A stretch of DNA of 64,000 nucleotides from Microbotryum violaceum (taxonomy: Eukaryota). A program made the translations under genes and the position numbers. The stretch spans positions 558,001 to 622,000 of the forward strand of contig CDLV01000006.1 of assembly GCA_001244265.2 (NCBI GenBank), read 5' to 3'. How positions within the stretch are numbered: position 1 is the stretch's first letter; each line of letters starts with the position of its first letter. Shown here one piece after another: positions 27,775 through 40,450 of this stretch. The notes below the pieces were generated by a model. The model was not told the DNA's origin. It saw only the letters and a program-made list of their open reading frames with translations, and did not search any database.

Positions 27775-28830
27775 ATGTCCAAACGACCTTTCTCGAGCAC
27801 GGGGATAGCCAGCTCCCAAGCTTCCACTTCTTCCTCGCCGGCGCCACCACGTCGTTCCCAACCGGCGTCCCCGAACCCAGGCGATCTCTCCTCCTGGATC
27901 CTCTCCACCACGCCCTCGTCCAAGAACCCGAAACCACCTCTGCCCCAACCGATCTTTTCCTCCCCTCCCTTGACCGATCGTCGTTCCACGTTCGTAGCCC
28001 ACGCAGCGCCCGTCACCTCCCTCCCCCAAGTTCAAATTTTTCATTCGCACGTCAAGCACCTCATTTCCAAAGCCCATCCAAGGGAAGCCGATCATGAGAT
28101 GTTGGGTTATCGAATCATCGGATTGAAGAGTGGTAAGAATGGGTTGGGAGGGGAGGAGGATTGGAGGGTTCAAGTTGGGGGGGAGGACGACGGGGAGAAA
28201 GGGGGTAGGGGGACCATCACGGCCGTTCTGGAGAAGAGGGGGGAGGTCGACGTCGTCGTCGTCGTTAGTCGGTGGTACGGGGGTAAGTGGAGCAAAGTGG
28301 GCCTTGAGAGTGGGTGGGTGGGCGGTGCTTGGTGCTGATACGACCTTGTCGCAGGTATCATGCTCGGCCCCGATCGCTTTCGTCATATAGCAACGGTCGC
28401 AACTCAAGCTCTCACCGCCCTATCCACCTCCACAGCTCTCACCGAAACCCTCGACCACCTCCGACAATTAGACGTTGAAATATCCCACCTCACCGCCTCT
28501 TCGTCCCCGGTCAAAGCGACCCCACCGGATTACACCTCTTTGGATCTGATCAAAGCTCAGCGATTGGTTTTGGCGAGAGGGAAGAGGTTGGAGTTGTTGA
28601 GGCGAAAGAGGAAGGGGGAGGACATGGAGATGCAGAAGGAGTTGGAGGCGTTCGTCAGGGATCAAGGTGGGTTAGATGGGTGGCAGGCGGGTGGAGAGGT
28701 GGAGGTCTTGGAAGGTGATGGGGATGGGCACGATTTGCCCCCACTTCCGGATTTGCCGTTGGATTTGACCCGGGAAGACGATGATCATCGTGAGGAAGGT
28801 GATCAAGTGTTGACGAAGGATGACGAGTAA
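27775..28830 (+). CDS. IMPACT/YigZ (UPF0029) family protein
   Basis: DRRSTFVAHAAPV, ADHEMLGYRI, DDGEKGGRG, VVVVVSRWYGG|IMLGPDRFRHI; one intron at ~28283-28355. Confidence 0.92.
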
Positions 28831-29034
28831 AGCTTTGTAACGGTACTAGACGTGTCTTGTTGTAACAACGAAAGCATCAGGTGCACATGGATTAGACCCA
28901 TCCTTCCGCGCCCACGTGCCCCCCTCTGCAGCGCGCAACTTGCACATACGTTACATTTCATCTCATTTTGTCAGCATCTGAATATTCTCAAAACAAAGCA
29001 CAAAGGCAGGAAAGGCAGGCCCCAAACCCCCATC

Positions 29035-31162
29035 TCAACCCGTCTTTTGCTTCTTCTTTGCCGGCTTCTTGGCCTCTTCCTCCGATTCTTCCCCGCCATC
29101 ATCCGAATCCATCTCACTCCCCGAATCGTCCGAAGTAGCACTCCCGCCATCCGAATCATCCGATTCGACCGTAAAGTCCTCATCCGGTGAATCCTCATCC
29201 TCATCGTCGTCGTCGGCCCCACCATTATTCTTGACAGTCTTCATCTTGACGTCCCCATCCTCATCATCCTCCCCTTCATCCTCCTCATCCGAATCGTCGG
29301 CTCCAAGAACGGCGGCTTCGACCGCGGCGATTTCGTCCATCTCGTTCTTGATTTTGATCTTCTTCATTCTCAAAAAGTCCTCGATCGGTTGCAACTCTTC
29401 CTTGTTCAAAGCGGCGAATACGATCGGATGGTCAGGGTCGCCTCGTAGACGAATCGAGAGATCAAAGGTTCGAGCTGAGGGTAATGCCCCCCCGACTCGA
29501 GCAAAGATGACGGCGGAGATATCGGCGTGAGGGACCTGAGTAGGTTGTTTGGAGATGAACAACAACTGCTTCTCTAAAAGGTACAACAACCCCTCGTTCG
29601 CTTTGAGGTTACACTTGACGGCTTGTTGTCCATCATGGGATTGGAACGATCCAGGAGTCGTCACCTTTTTCTGCGCCATGACCCGGAACAAGACCGAGAC
29701 GACTTCGTAGGCCGGATCGTCGTAGTGCAGTTTGAGGTTACCGTCGTATTTGTCGTTGATGGTCTCTTCGTCGAGGTTGAGGTCCAACTCGAGTTGTTCT
29801 TCCTTGATGAACTGCATGACGAGGTAAGGGTATCTCGTTTGACCTTGTCGGATCGGGGGATCGATGTTAACGATGAATTGACAATGGATGTCGTCCGGTT
29901 TAGGCAAGAGGAACAATTTTTGGATCTGCGTGTACGCGATACGATAGTCGTACGTCTTGCCTCGCAAGCGAAGGAACTCGGCGTGCATGTCGAGATCGAA
30001 TCGTCCGCGGGGGGTGAGGCATAAAGCTTCGGGGATCGTGCAGAAGCTTTCACCGGTGATCTTGCCAATATCGGCTTTCTCCTTGACCGCGTCGTGGAAA
30101 GCTTGAGCGGCCGTGGCTTCTTCCCCGTTCTCATCCTCGTCACCATCTTCATCGTCGTCGTCTTCATCTTCGTCGTCAGATCGGTTCTTGCCATCCTTCG
30201 CTCCTTTGGCCTTGACCTTGTCCGTCTTTTTCTTCATACCTTTAGCCGAACCGGGTAGGTAGAACCTCATCTCCGCCACCTCATCCGGCATGGCCTTTAG
30301 CCTCTTCTTGCGAGTGACGGCATCCTCATTCTCCTCTTGACCCGGCTTGGGAGCCAAGGCCGAGGTGAACTCGAGTGCGACTTCGGCCTTGTTGATAGAG
30401 GTGTTGTTGACTTGGGCCAAGGGGAGCGTGAAGGCTTGCTTTCCCGCGACGAGGAAGGCCATGTCTTGGGCTGTGTAGTGAAGAGAACGGTCAGCGATCA
30501 ATGGTATGCATGGACCGCACAACTTGCTTGGAACGCTCACCTTGGATCTCGGCAACCCCCCAATTCCATCCTCTGACACTGGTATCCATCGTTTCGATCG
30601 TAGTGTTGTAGTACTGCAATCATTCCACCGTTTATCGGGATCCGATCAGCCCTCGATCAGAGTTGGTTCGTTCAGGAAGCGATGGAGCGGCCATTTTACC
30701 TGCTTGCACAAGTTGCCCAACCTCTCAAAGTCGTCCTTGAGGAACCCATCGAACGTGATGCGGTTCTTGGGGGTACCGATCCTCAGCTGGAAATTCCTGG
30801 CGACCCTGTACGGTGTGAAAAAACCAGACCGCATCAGCAAACCCAGCTCTGCAGCTGAGGGGTTACGAGACCCGTCCCACCCCCGCTCCTCCTGAGGCTG
30901 AGGGAGGGCGTCCTCCTCCTCCTCCTGCCGCTTACCTGATCCATTGGAGCCACTTGATATCACTCGAAGGTACGGTAATCACACTCTCTTGTTCATCCGA
31001 CGATTTCCATCCCAGACCACTGGGTGCGATCCTCAGTTCTGCACGCGGTGAGACGCGTCAGTTCAGCTTTTGGCTCATGCTCTTCGGACCACGGAGTTCT
31101 GACATACTGCCCGGTGTCGGTCCCAAACCGTGAAAGATGGACTCGAATTGCGCGGTCGACAT
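29035..31162 (-). CDS. POB3: FACT complex subunit POB3/SSRP1
   Basis: MSTAQFESIFHGL.., VARNFQLRI..FDGF, AEMRFYLPG, LTPRGRFDLDM, LRLRGKTYDYRI, DPPIRQGQTRYPYLV, VKCNLKANEGLLYLL; acidic tail with basic end. Confidence 0.96.
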
Positions 31163-31361
31163 GGTTCCTTGCTTACGGAAGGGGGGGTGTTGAGCATGGA
31201 ATCGGGGAGGACGCGAGGCAGAACGCGTCAAAGATTGGCGTGCGTCAACGCGCACGGACCCTTAGCTCGAGCAGTAGCCGAACTTTCTGACTGTCGATCC
31301 TCCATGCAATAACGCCCAGTAATCCACCTCGAACAAATAAACAAAACTAACATAACCCACC

Positions 31362-32923
31362 CTACTTGCCAGCGCCACCAAAAAACTCCTGCAAACCCCT
31401 CTGTTTCTCATCATGCGCACTACTCCCAATGCCCCCTTTGGTCCTGACCAACCCTTCCAGATGTTCGGCTTGGTTCGTAGCGAGGACCTTGAATTTGATT
31501 CGAGGGAGAGCTAAGTCTTCGGGATAAGGTCGAGGCAGGGCGGGGTCCCGTGGGGGTAGGTCCGGTATTGTTGGAAGGAGAAGTCGGATCGATTCGGGCA
31601 CCGTGGAGGAGGAGAGGTCGGATTCTTTTTCGTTCGTCGAACGCGCGTTCGTAGTACTACCGGCACTTGTCAAGGGCGTCGTCTCCTCCACTACTACCAC
31701 CTCCTCCGCAGTAGATCCACCACTCTCCTCAGGCTCAGGTAACTCATTCTGAACCCTGTCTACGACTTCCCCTTCTCGCACCAATTCCAACTCGAATCGA
31801 CTCCATGCCGTGTTCAAATAACCCCCACTCTTGACGAACCTCACTTGAGGGTCCTGAGCCCGCGCAAAAGCGTACCTCATCTCGCTCAACCAGATACCAT
31901 GCGCCACGAGCAAGATGTGTTGCGGCGTGGAGGATTCGGAAGAGGCGATCAGGTGGGGCAGCACGAAATGACGCAGAACTTTGTCGGCTCGGAGGGAGAC
32001 GTCATTCAAGGATTCGGCGTAAGGCGCCAAACGGAACGCTCGGTGATCTTCCCAGGGGAGGTGGGAGGAAGAATAAAGACCGGCGTTCCAGGGCCATCCT
32101 TCGGCTTCTGTTGAGAGGTAAGAGGACAAAAAACGATCGCAACTGTCAGCCATCGAACCTGCTACGCCTTCCGATCGGGTGGAAAATATTTCACGCCTCG
32201 CCCCAACCCAACGCCAACGCACCTCCAAAAAACTGCTCCCTCAGAAGAGGCGAGACCGTAAACGGTGGTGGGGGTTGTGTCTTGTTCAACGAAGCGATAT
32301 TGCGAGCGGTCGTTTGGGCTCGTTTCAGGTCCGAGCAATAAATGGCTACGGTGGTGGGGGTCAGGGGAAGAGAGGTCAGCGCTTTCGGTTGGTTTGCGCA
32401 CCTCGATTACTTGGGCAGGAGGAGGAGAGTACGTTCTCAGAGGAGAGTGCGTTCTCAGAGGAGAGTGCGTTCTGGGTAGAGTGCGTTCTCAGAGGAGAGT
32501 GCGTTCTGGGTAGAGTGCGTTCTCAGAGGAGAGTGCGTTCTGGGGAGAGTGCATTCTTCTAGTTGGCGCAGACTCGCACCCAACCCAACCCCTCCCCGAT
32601 CCCATCCACCCGCATCTCATGCCCCCCCCAACCTCCACCCTCCACCCTCCACCCTCCACTCTCGAAACGCACCCGTGAGCGGCACGTCCTGAAAATGGTT
32701 CGCCAGTCTCATCGATTGATTGAAACCATGATTCGTCAAGGGAGCATCTCGATGACCGGCCCAGATTGCTACACCAGGGGAGAAGGCCCCAAGTATCGAT
32801 CAGTTCGTGATTGAAAGCGAGAAAGCGTAGAGAGCCACTCCCCCACACAGGATTGGGATCCTTACCGGTGACGTTATCCGCCGATTCACCGTGTCGGATC
32901 ATGGTGACGACTAAAGGAGCCAT
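31362..32923 (-). CDS. Histidine phosphatase / phosphoglycerate mutase family protein
   Basis: MAPLVVTMIRHGES, DAPLTNHG, IYCSDLKRAQTTA, LREQFFG, AESLNDVSLRA, LLVAHG, NTAWS. Confidence 0.92.
32425..32557 (+). repeat. 16-18-bp minisatellite (8 units) in an intron
   Basis: Units GAGAGTGCGTTCTCAGAG and AGAGTGCGTTCTGGGT alternate. Confidence 0.9.
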
Positions 32924-33363
32924 GGTTGACGGCCGCTTGGGTGTTGTGTGAAACGGCTGGGCCAGACGGGTCGGGTACAAAATGGCAATGGCAGAGTATG
33001 ATGCGCAGAGACGATGACGTGACCTCAGACTGACGTGACCGACCGGCGATATCGACCCGACAATGCGGAGTGGATGGAGAGGGAACTAGGAGACCTCTAG
33101 GTGGAGGGCCAGAAATGACCTCCGCCAGGCAAGATCGAGTGGGCTGATTGGATAGGATGAAGGTGAAGCGAAAGCGAAAGCATGCCGACGACGGCGTGAA
33201 CGCCGGCGCTGTCCAGTGTGACAACCGCGTAAAGGCAACGCCGAGAACCCTGCCCGGCATCACCACGGGCCGAACTGAGACTCTCGTCATTTGGTGTTCA
33301 TGTAGCTCCTTCTGGGGCGAGAAGAGGTCGACTACCACAGATGAATGTCAATTGCACTACACA

Positions 33364-36300
33364 TTACTTCCTTTTCCTTAAAGACCTCGTCGTTGTCGTC
33401 GCACTCCCACTACTAGCACCCTTGGACTCGCGATCCGAAGCCACCTCCTCCTTCTCCATCGCCACCTCCCCAACCTCAGCCCCACCGGCCCCTTCAACAT
33501 CCATACTCCTGCCTCTCAAACTCCTTCTCCCACCCCCTGAGACCAATTCCATCACTCCCTCATGCCACAAATCCCCTCCAGCGAGCTTCTTCAACGCGTC
33601 CAACACATCCGGATAACGGATCAATTCCGCATCCCTTTCTTCGATGGAGAGATGCGTCGACCCGGATTCAGGAGGATCGTGGGAGGTTGAGGTGGTGTGT
33701 CCTTGGCCTCCTAGACGTAAGACGGAATCGTCGAGGGTTGGGTGAGGGGGTAATTGGTCGATTTGTCGGATGGGGAAGGTGCGCAGGGTCTCTTGTGCTA
33801 GCGGGGTCGAGAGTGCGCACTTTGGAGATAACGAACGCAGGTCAGCCAAAGCCAGGAAGCGGGACAGACAAAGAGAAGAACTTACAGAGGGTATGTTCAC
33901 CACCACAGGAGGAGCAGAAGGATACTCCCTCGATTGCACCTCGAGTTGAACGAAAGGACAATGCGCCCTAGTAGTAGGATGATCAACCATCGTCTCTTCA
34001 TCTCGCTGAACAGTCGAAGAGCTCGGATGGTGATGCAAGCGAGGAGCGATGGGGTGAGGAGTCGTCGCCGGAGCTTCGACTGCGACGGGTGCGGGTGTTC
34101 CTCGACGACGCTTGGGCCCGCCAGCGGGACTCTTCGTTACCGAAGTCGAAGTGCTGACTCCCCGTTCCTCGGATTTGGGCTCCGGCTCCGCATCAGAGCG
34201 CGAACGCTTCTTACTCGTCGCTCTCGAGCCGGGCGTAGTATGCCGAGTCGAACGACGAACGCTCGAAGGCGTAGAGGGGTCAGTCTCCGGTGCTGCGCTG
34301 GCTTCGACAGCAGCAACAGCAGGAAGCGGACTAGGATCCCTCAACGTCACCACGCTCGCAGATCGCCTCAGATTCCGTTCTGATCGCCTCCGGGTCAACT
34401 CCACAGCAGGTCCTTGACTAGTTGGGTCGGGTGTGACGAGTCGAGGAGTCTGATCCAACGTCGGGATCGGGACGGAGATGTCGATGGGTGGGAGAAGGGC
34501 TTCGGGATGGAGGCGAGCTGAGATGCGTCGAGGGGATTGGGTGGTGTCGGTTTCTGGTGTTGAGGTGCGAGCACGCTTGGCCGGCGACTTGGAGCGAGTA
34601 GATTGATGTCGCTTCGTAGTCGCGGCAGAGTACTCTTCGGTTTCCGCAGATGGCTTCGGAGAGGCCGGTGACGTTTCCACCGCGGCTCTGTCGTCCATCT
34701 GAACCGCTTCAGCCTCCACATGTGCCGGCTCGTCCTGACTCGCTGACTCTATGAAGGCGTCCGTCTCCTCTTCTTGCGGCACAATGGGCGATGCAAAATG
34801 AACATGCACCGACTCGGCATCATCCACCGTCGCCGCCACGGAGTGAAGCTCGTCCTCTTCCTCCATCACGTGTTGCTCCTCCGGTTTGACGACACAATCC
34901 GCTTCACTGAGCAACATCCCTTCGACCGCTTCGTCGGCTTCAGAATCCGAACTACTCGCCGCTTCATCGATGTGCGCTTCCGCCTCGGGCGTCCAGGGAT
35001 CTTCGACGGTCGGTAGAGGAGCATCGAGGTCAAAGTCGTGCTCTTCATCTAGGCCGTTGATCACTTCAGGTCCAACCTCTTCCTCAGAAAGCTCCAAATC
35101 GCCTTCTCCATCCCAAGAAAACTCGGCTCCCTCCTCGACGCCATCATATTCGAACGGCTCCGCCTCAGGCGTCGTCGTAAAAGGCTCGTAATCTGGCGTT
35201 GTGGAGCGAAGGGGGCCCCCAGTCTCAAGGAGATCTTTCACCCCTTCTTCTGCTTCAATGACGTCGGGTGCATCGGGGAAGAAGGCCTCGGTGAGGGTGT
35301 AGTCTTCGAATTCTTCGGCGTCGAAGGAGAGCGATTCGAGCTTGCCTGGTTCGTCTGGTGCGGGGGTCTCGGCTTCGTGATCGGACGATTCCTTGATCGC
35401 GGCGGGTTGTTCGGCAAGATGCTCATCCGACGGTGCCTCGTCAGCAAGTGACTTGTCTTGCGGTATCTCGTCTTCCCCAGCGGGCATTGAAGGGACCTCC
35501 GATGTAGGCAAAGCCGGCTCAGCCTCCTCCTCAGCTCGCACCAAAGTCTGACCAGCGAACTCGTCCTCCTGCGTCCGATAACCGATATCCAAATCCAAAT
35601 CGGAAGGTAGACTCTGCTTCAGAGGCGAAGAAGCGACGATCTCCTCGAACGCGCGATCGATATCGATTGATTCGGGGTCCCCGATAGTTTCATCCACTTC
35701 GATGTCGACTTCGACTTCAATTTCGTCTTCCTCATCGTCGGAAATGATGGAAACGTTCGCTGACATGGTCGGGATCGACTCGTCATCATCGACGATGACG
35801 AGATGTTCAGAGTGGTGGCGCGCTTTGAAGTAGGCTAGGTCCTGTTCGTCGATGATCGATGACTCGCGGGCGGTCTCGGGGGCATGTTCGAGCTCGGTAT
35901 GAATTTCGGCTGCCACGGACTCGATCGATTCGTATGGAGCTTCTGTAACCTCTAGCGTCTGCTCCCTCTCCTCGACGACCTTGAAACCGGGTGGTGCCTC
36001 GACGAAAGGATCCTCCTGCCTCTGCATCTCCTCCTCCCCTTCAATTTCTCCCTCCTCATCCTCATGCGAAGGCACCCGATCATATCCATCCGGATCGGGC
36101 GTCAACAACCCCGTCGGACCTTGCACACCACCCGTCGTGACGCTCGAAGGTGGATTTGCTCTCACGACCGACGCTGTGGAGTCCGAAGGTCCGGCTTCAG
36201 GAGTGGAGGGGGATACTTCGACCGTTGTGGAAAGGCCGGCTTCGACATGCGCGGCTTGTAGAGAGATTCCGGGTGTGACGTCGAGGGAAGTGTCGAGATC

Positions 36301-39300
36301 TGTTGGAACTACATCTGAGACTTGGACATAGTCGAGAAGAGCGTCGAGGGAGGCGCTGGAAGGGGGCATCGTCACGTCGATTGCTGTGAGGGCTGCATCA
36401 GTCGTGATCGTTTGCTCAGATGTCGGTTGCTGTCGTGGACAAAGGAATAGGAGATGAGCACCCAAGGGACGAAGATGAGGTATGAACAATTTTGGCTTAC
36501 TGTCTCCGGGGATAGATTCTGAGCGGTCTCCTGCGCCGGTTGGACAGGGAGCGTAGTTTCCATGGAGGCCCTCGGCGCCTCGGCCCTGAGTTGTGCCCAG
36601 ATATTGCCCAAGCCACTGAAGTGTTGCTGCGAAGCATCGTTCGATGCCTCAGCTTCGGGAGAGGCCACATGGGCTGATGGTGGCTCGAGGGTGGACGCCG
36701 CCGCCGATTCCGCAGCAACGCCACCAAATTGTTCCTCCAACGTGGCTGCGGGAAGGGCGAGGGCGGCTCGAAGGGCTGCGTCCATGCCAACATGTGAGAG
36801 TTGCGGTTCCGCATGAACGTCTGAACTTGACGCGACTTCTGAAGGCTGCGTTGATGGAGATGGGAGGGTCGTATCGAAACGAATGGGCGAGGAAGGGTCC
36901 CATTCTCCGAGCTCGATCACATTACGGATCCGCGGTGTGGCAGGTGTCGATTTCTCGTCCTGTGGTACCTCGGAAGGCGCAATCTGTCTCAAAGCCATGA
37001 TCGAAACTCGGATCAGAGATGGGGAGTATCTCGAACCAGACCAAGGCAACTGACCTCATTCGAGGCTTCGGCAATACCACCATCGGTGCTCTCCTCTTCA
37101 AGCACCACAAATTGAGCATCCTGACCAAGCTCTACACTCTGTTCAGATCCCGGTGTAGCAGGTTCATCGTTCCCCATCAAGGGAGCGGTCTCTTCTCGAG
37201 GTAATGTAGGTGGTTTCTGAGGGATCGCATCCTCACCCTGTTCTTCATGACTGGGCGTAGGGCTGGAGCTCATCAAATCGACGGGCGAGAGGATCTGCAC
37301 ATCGTCATCCTCTTCCTCTTCTTCTTCAAGTTCGACATCCCCATCTTCTTCCATTCGATCATCAGCGCTGAACCTTCCAACCTCAGCCGATAGAGGAGGT
37401 GCAAAGCCGAGAGCCGCTTGTTCGTCCACAGCCGTTGCTTCCGCATCTGCCGCCGCTTGGGCTTGGATCTGGTCTTGGAGGATCGCGAGCCAGTTCCCCT
37501 CGGTCGACTCGGTCTCACCAAATGTCGGTACACCCATCACTGCCTCGTCGTCAAACATCGTCGATTGTGCAGGTACCGTATCGTCTTCATCCGGCGTCGG
37601 AGGTCGGTACTGGTGTCCGGTGAAGGCCATCTCGTGATCCTCGGTCTCTTCAGTGTCCACGTCCTCATCTACACCCTCGTCCGGGCCCGATTCGTCCTGG
37701 TATGCTTGTGCGAGCCCAGATCCCTCCTGCCCACCATCCTCCTCGTCGATCATCTCTTGAACGATCCGCTGCGTCTCGACCTTGACATCAACCCGAACTT
37801 CTTGATCTTGTCCTTGCGCGTACCGTTCGAGCATTTGCAGGGCCAAATTCTCGATTCTATCTTGGGCGGCGCTTCCATCGTCCTCGTTCTCGACCTGTTC
37901 GCTCTCGTCGTCCTCTTGATCAAAGTGACCGCCGTCGACTTCCTCGTCGTCATCTTCCCCCTCCTCCCCCTCATCATCACTCGACAACTCGCCGCCTTTC
38001 TCGATCCAAGCCTCCTTCACCACCTCCCACTTATCCTCGACCCACCTGACCGTCTCCTCATCCTGCTGTCGGCACGCACTGTCATACATCTCCTGCAACG
38101 TCTTCATCAGCTTGGTCAACCGCTCAAAGGTCATGTCCGGGAGATCCTCGGCTTGGAAATTGACGAGCGAGTCCAAGTCGTCGTCTTCCTCGTCGTCGTA
38201 GTCCTCCCCGTCGTCTTCGGGTTCGAGAGATCCATTCCCGCCTTCGGAATCAAAGATCGAATCGGCCGAGGCAGGCGATTGAGTCGAAGGTGTCGGTGCC
38301 CGACCTTTGCCTTTCAAATGCGCCGGAATGCGCGATCCAAGCACCTGTGCGCTCAAGATGGGATTCATCAGCTGCGTGCAAGAGGAATTGAATCGAGGCG
38401 CTGATTATCCCCTCTCGTGACAAACCTCCTCATCTTCCGCATCGTCATCGTTGTATTCGGGTTCTTGGACGAGTAAGCTTGGCCCTTTGATCACCGGGTC
38501 CCAGACTTCTCCTGAACGGGCGTTTCTGAACGCTTCGGCCATCGAGGGAGGGAGGGGAGGTGTGCCTTCTTCGTCATCATCCACTTGTTCGTCTTCCACG
38601 TCCTCGTCCTCGTCATCGACGGGTTGGAACACCTTTCCATCATCATCGACCGCATTGACTTCGAATTCTTCTTCCAAGATCTCAACGAATGTATCCACTT
38701 CGTCCCCTTGGGCGTCGACACGAGTAATCTGTTGCATCGATAGAGCGAATGCCGTTTGAGGGTCGAGGAGTTCTTCTTCGTCCTCCTCTTGGTCTTGTTC
38801 TTGGACATGCTGTTCCATCTCGTCGTCGCGTAACTCATCTCGAGCTTCTTCTTCCTCGTCCTCCTCATCATCTCCATCCTCTTCCTCTTCTTCGTCCTCC
38901 TCCCCATCCTCTTCGTCTTCCTCTTTGTCGTCATCCTCCTCTCCATCCTCTTCATCTTCCTCCTCAAGATCTGCCTCCCTCCCCCGCTGAATCGATCGAC
39001 TACTCCCCTCCGATCCAAGATGGCGTTCGAACTGCGACTGACGAGGCGCCTCGTTCATCCATTCATCCTCTGCGACCTGTCCAGAACCTGACCTGGCGTC
39101 ATCGACGGAATCTTCGTCGTAAGAGCCATCTTGCTCCTCCTCTTCCTCTTCCTCATCCTCGTCTTGCTCATCGGAAGAAGACCCCAACTCGATCACTTCC
39201 GTCTCGCCATTCTGTCGAGGCTGCGCTCGGTCTTGTTCGCCCAAAATAGGGTCAAATGAATGACGCGGCGCTTCGGAGGAGGTTTCGTACTCCTCCGATG

Positions 39301-39981
39301 TTTCGTGGAGGAAGAGGGGACGGTTTTCAGTCAAAGGTGGGGAGGCGACACCCCGTTGGTCGTCCTGCTCGGCGTCACTGTAATAGACGATCAGAGCCCC
39401 CCTCCCCAGATCAGTTCGATGTTGGTGACGGACCAACCCATGGGAACTCTCGGGACGTACTCGTTCCCAGGGATCCCTTGTTGTCCAATTCGTTCCACCG
39501 CGCCAAACACATCCCTACGACGGCCCGTCATCGTCTTGGTCGTCTCCGGTCCCACTGCGTCCGGGCGCCTCAGAACATTCTTGATCGTCTCCGTAACGTT
39601 TTCGACGAAACGATCGAACTTGTGCTCGGTCAACAGATCGAACGGGTTTCTTCCTTGGCCGAGCCTGGAAGGATTGACGTTGAATAAGGTGGGTTGGATC
39701 GACGAGACGTGGATCGGTCGCACGTCGAGGGACGTGGAGGGAGTAGAGAGCGCAGGAGCGAGGCACGTTCTTCGCGGTATCAGCAGGGACGGACGCAGGC
39801 TGGTTGGATAGGTTGAGGAAGAGGGGGACGGTCGGGGGAGGGATAGGGAGGGTCCGATGGGAGAAGGTTGGTAGGCGTTGGGAAGTTGATGGTCGTGACG
39901 GTCGTGACGGTGGTCGTGAGGGTGGGATGGGAAGGTGCGCACGCTCGCAGCGGGGGAGGGGTACGGTCCATCGGAGGCCAT
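33364..39981 (-). CDS. Very large (~2,100 aa) acidic low-complexity hypothetical protein
   Basis: Five long ORFs (39391-39981, 38405-39436, 37013-38368, 36372-37049, 33364-36489) join via short GT-AG introns; D/E tracts; basic RRS/KRRR motifs near the C-terminus. Confidence 0.8.
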
Positions 39982-40450
39982 TGTGTGCTGGTAGGTTCAC
40001 CACACCGGGGTGGTGTAGAGCCCCGAACAAATGAACGGACGGGCAGGACGGGGAGAGGAGAGAGGAGAGAGGGGATGAGAGGCGTGGATGGTCGATCCGA
40101 TCCAGCGGCCCGCCCTGGCTCGCACGGGCCACCCACGCACCCGCGGTGAGGTTAGGCCGAGTGCGGGGATCGGCCGCACCAGTCTCAGCCGAGCATCTCT
40201 GTTCGTCCTCGCCGTCGGTGTCTTTGGATTCGTCACTATCCCCCCGTATCGAGCTGAGTATGGGTCATCCTCCTCAGTGTCAGTCCCACGCTGAGCTTAC
40301 AATCGCAAGGCTACCCCAGCCCCTATCTGACTCGCCGGCCGAGTTCGGCTGCTCCGCCGCGCCCGGCCCGGTACGGCCCCCCGTACGGCAGCTCAAGCTG
40401 GCTGTGGCTGACACGCATGCACCGAACCCCCCCACTGCCAAGTTTTAGGA

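Noticed and set aside
37418-38404. Long plus-strand ORF of 328 aa and similar antisense ORFs across the window
   Set aside because: Shadow ORFs of GC-rich or acidic coding sequence on the opposite strand; no motifs.
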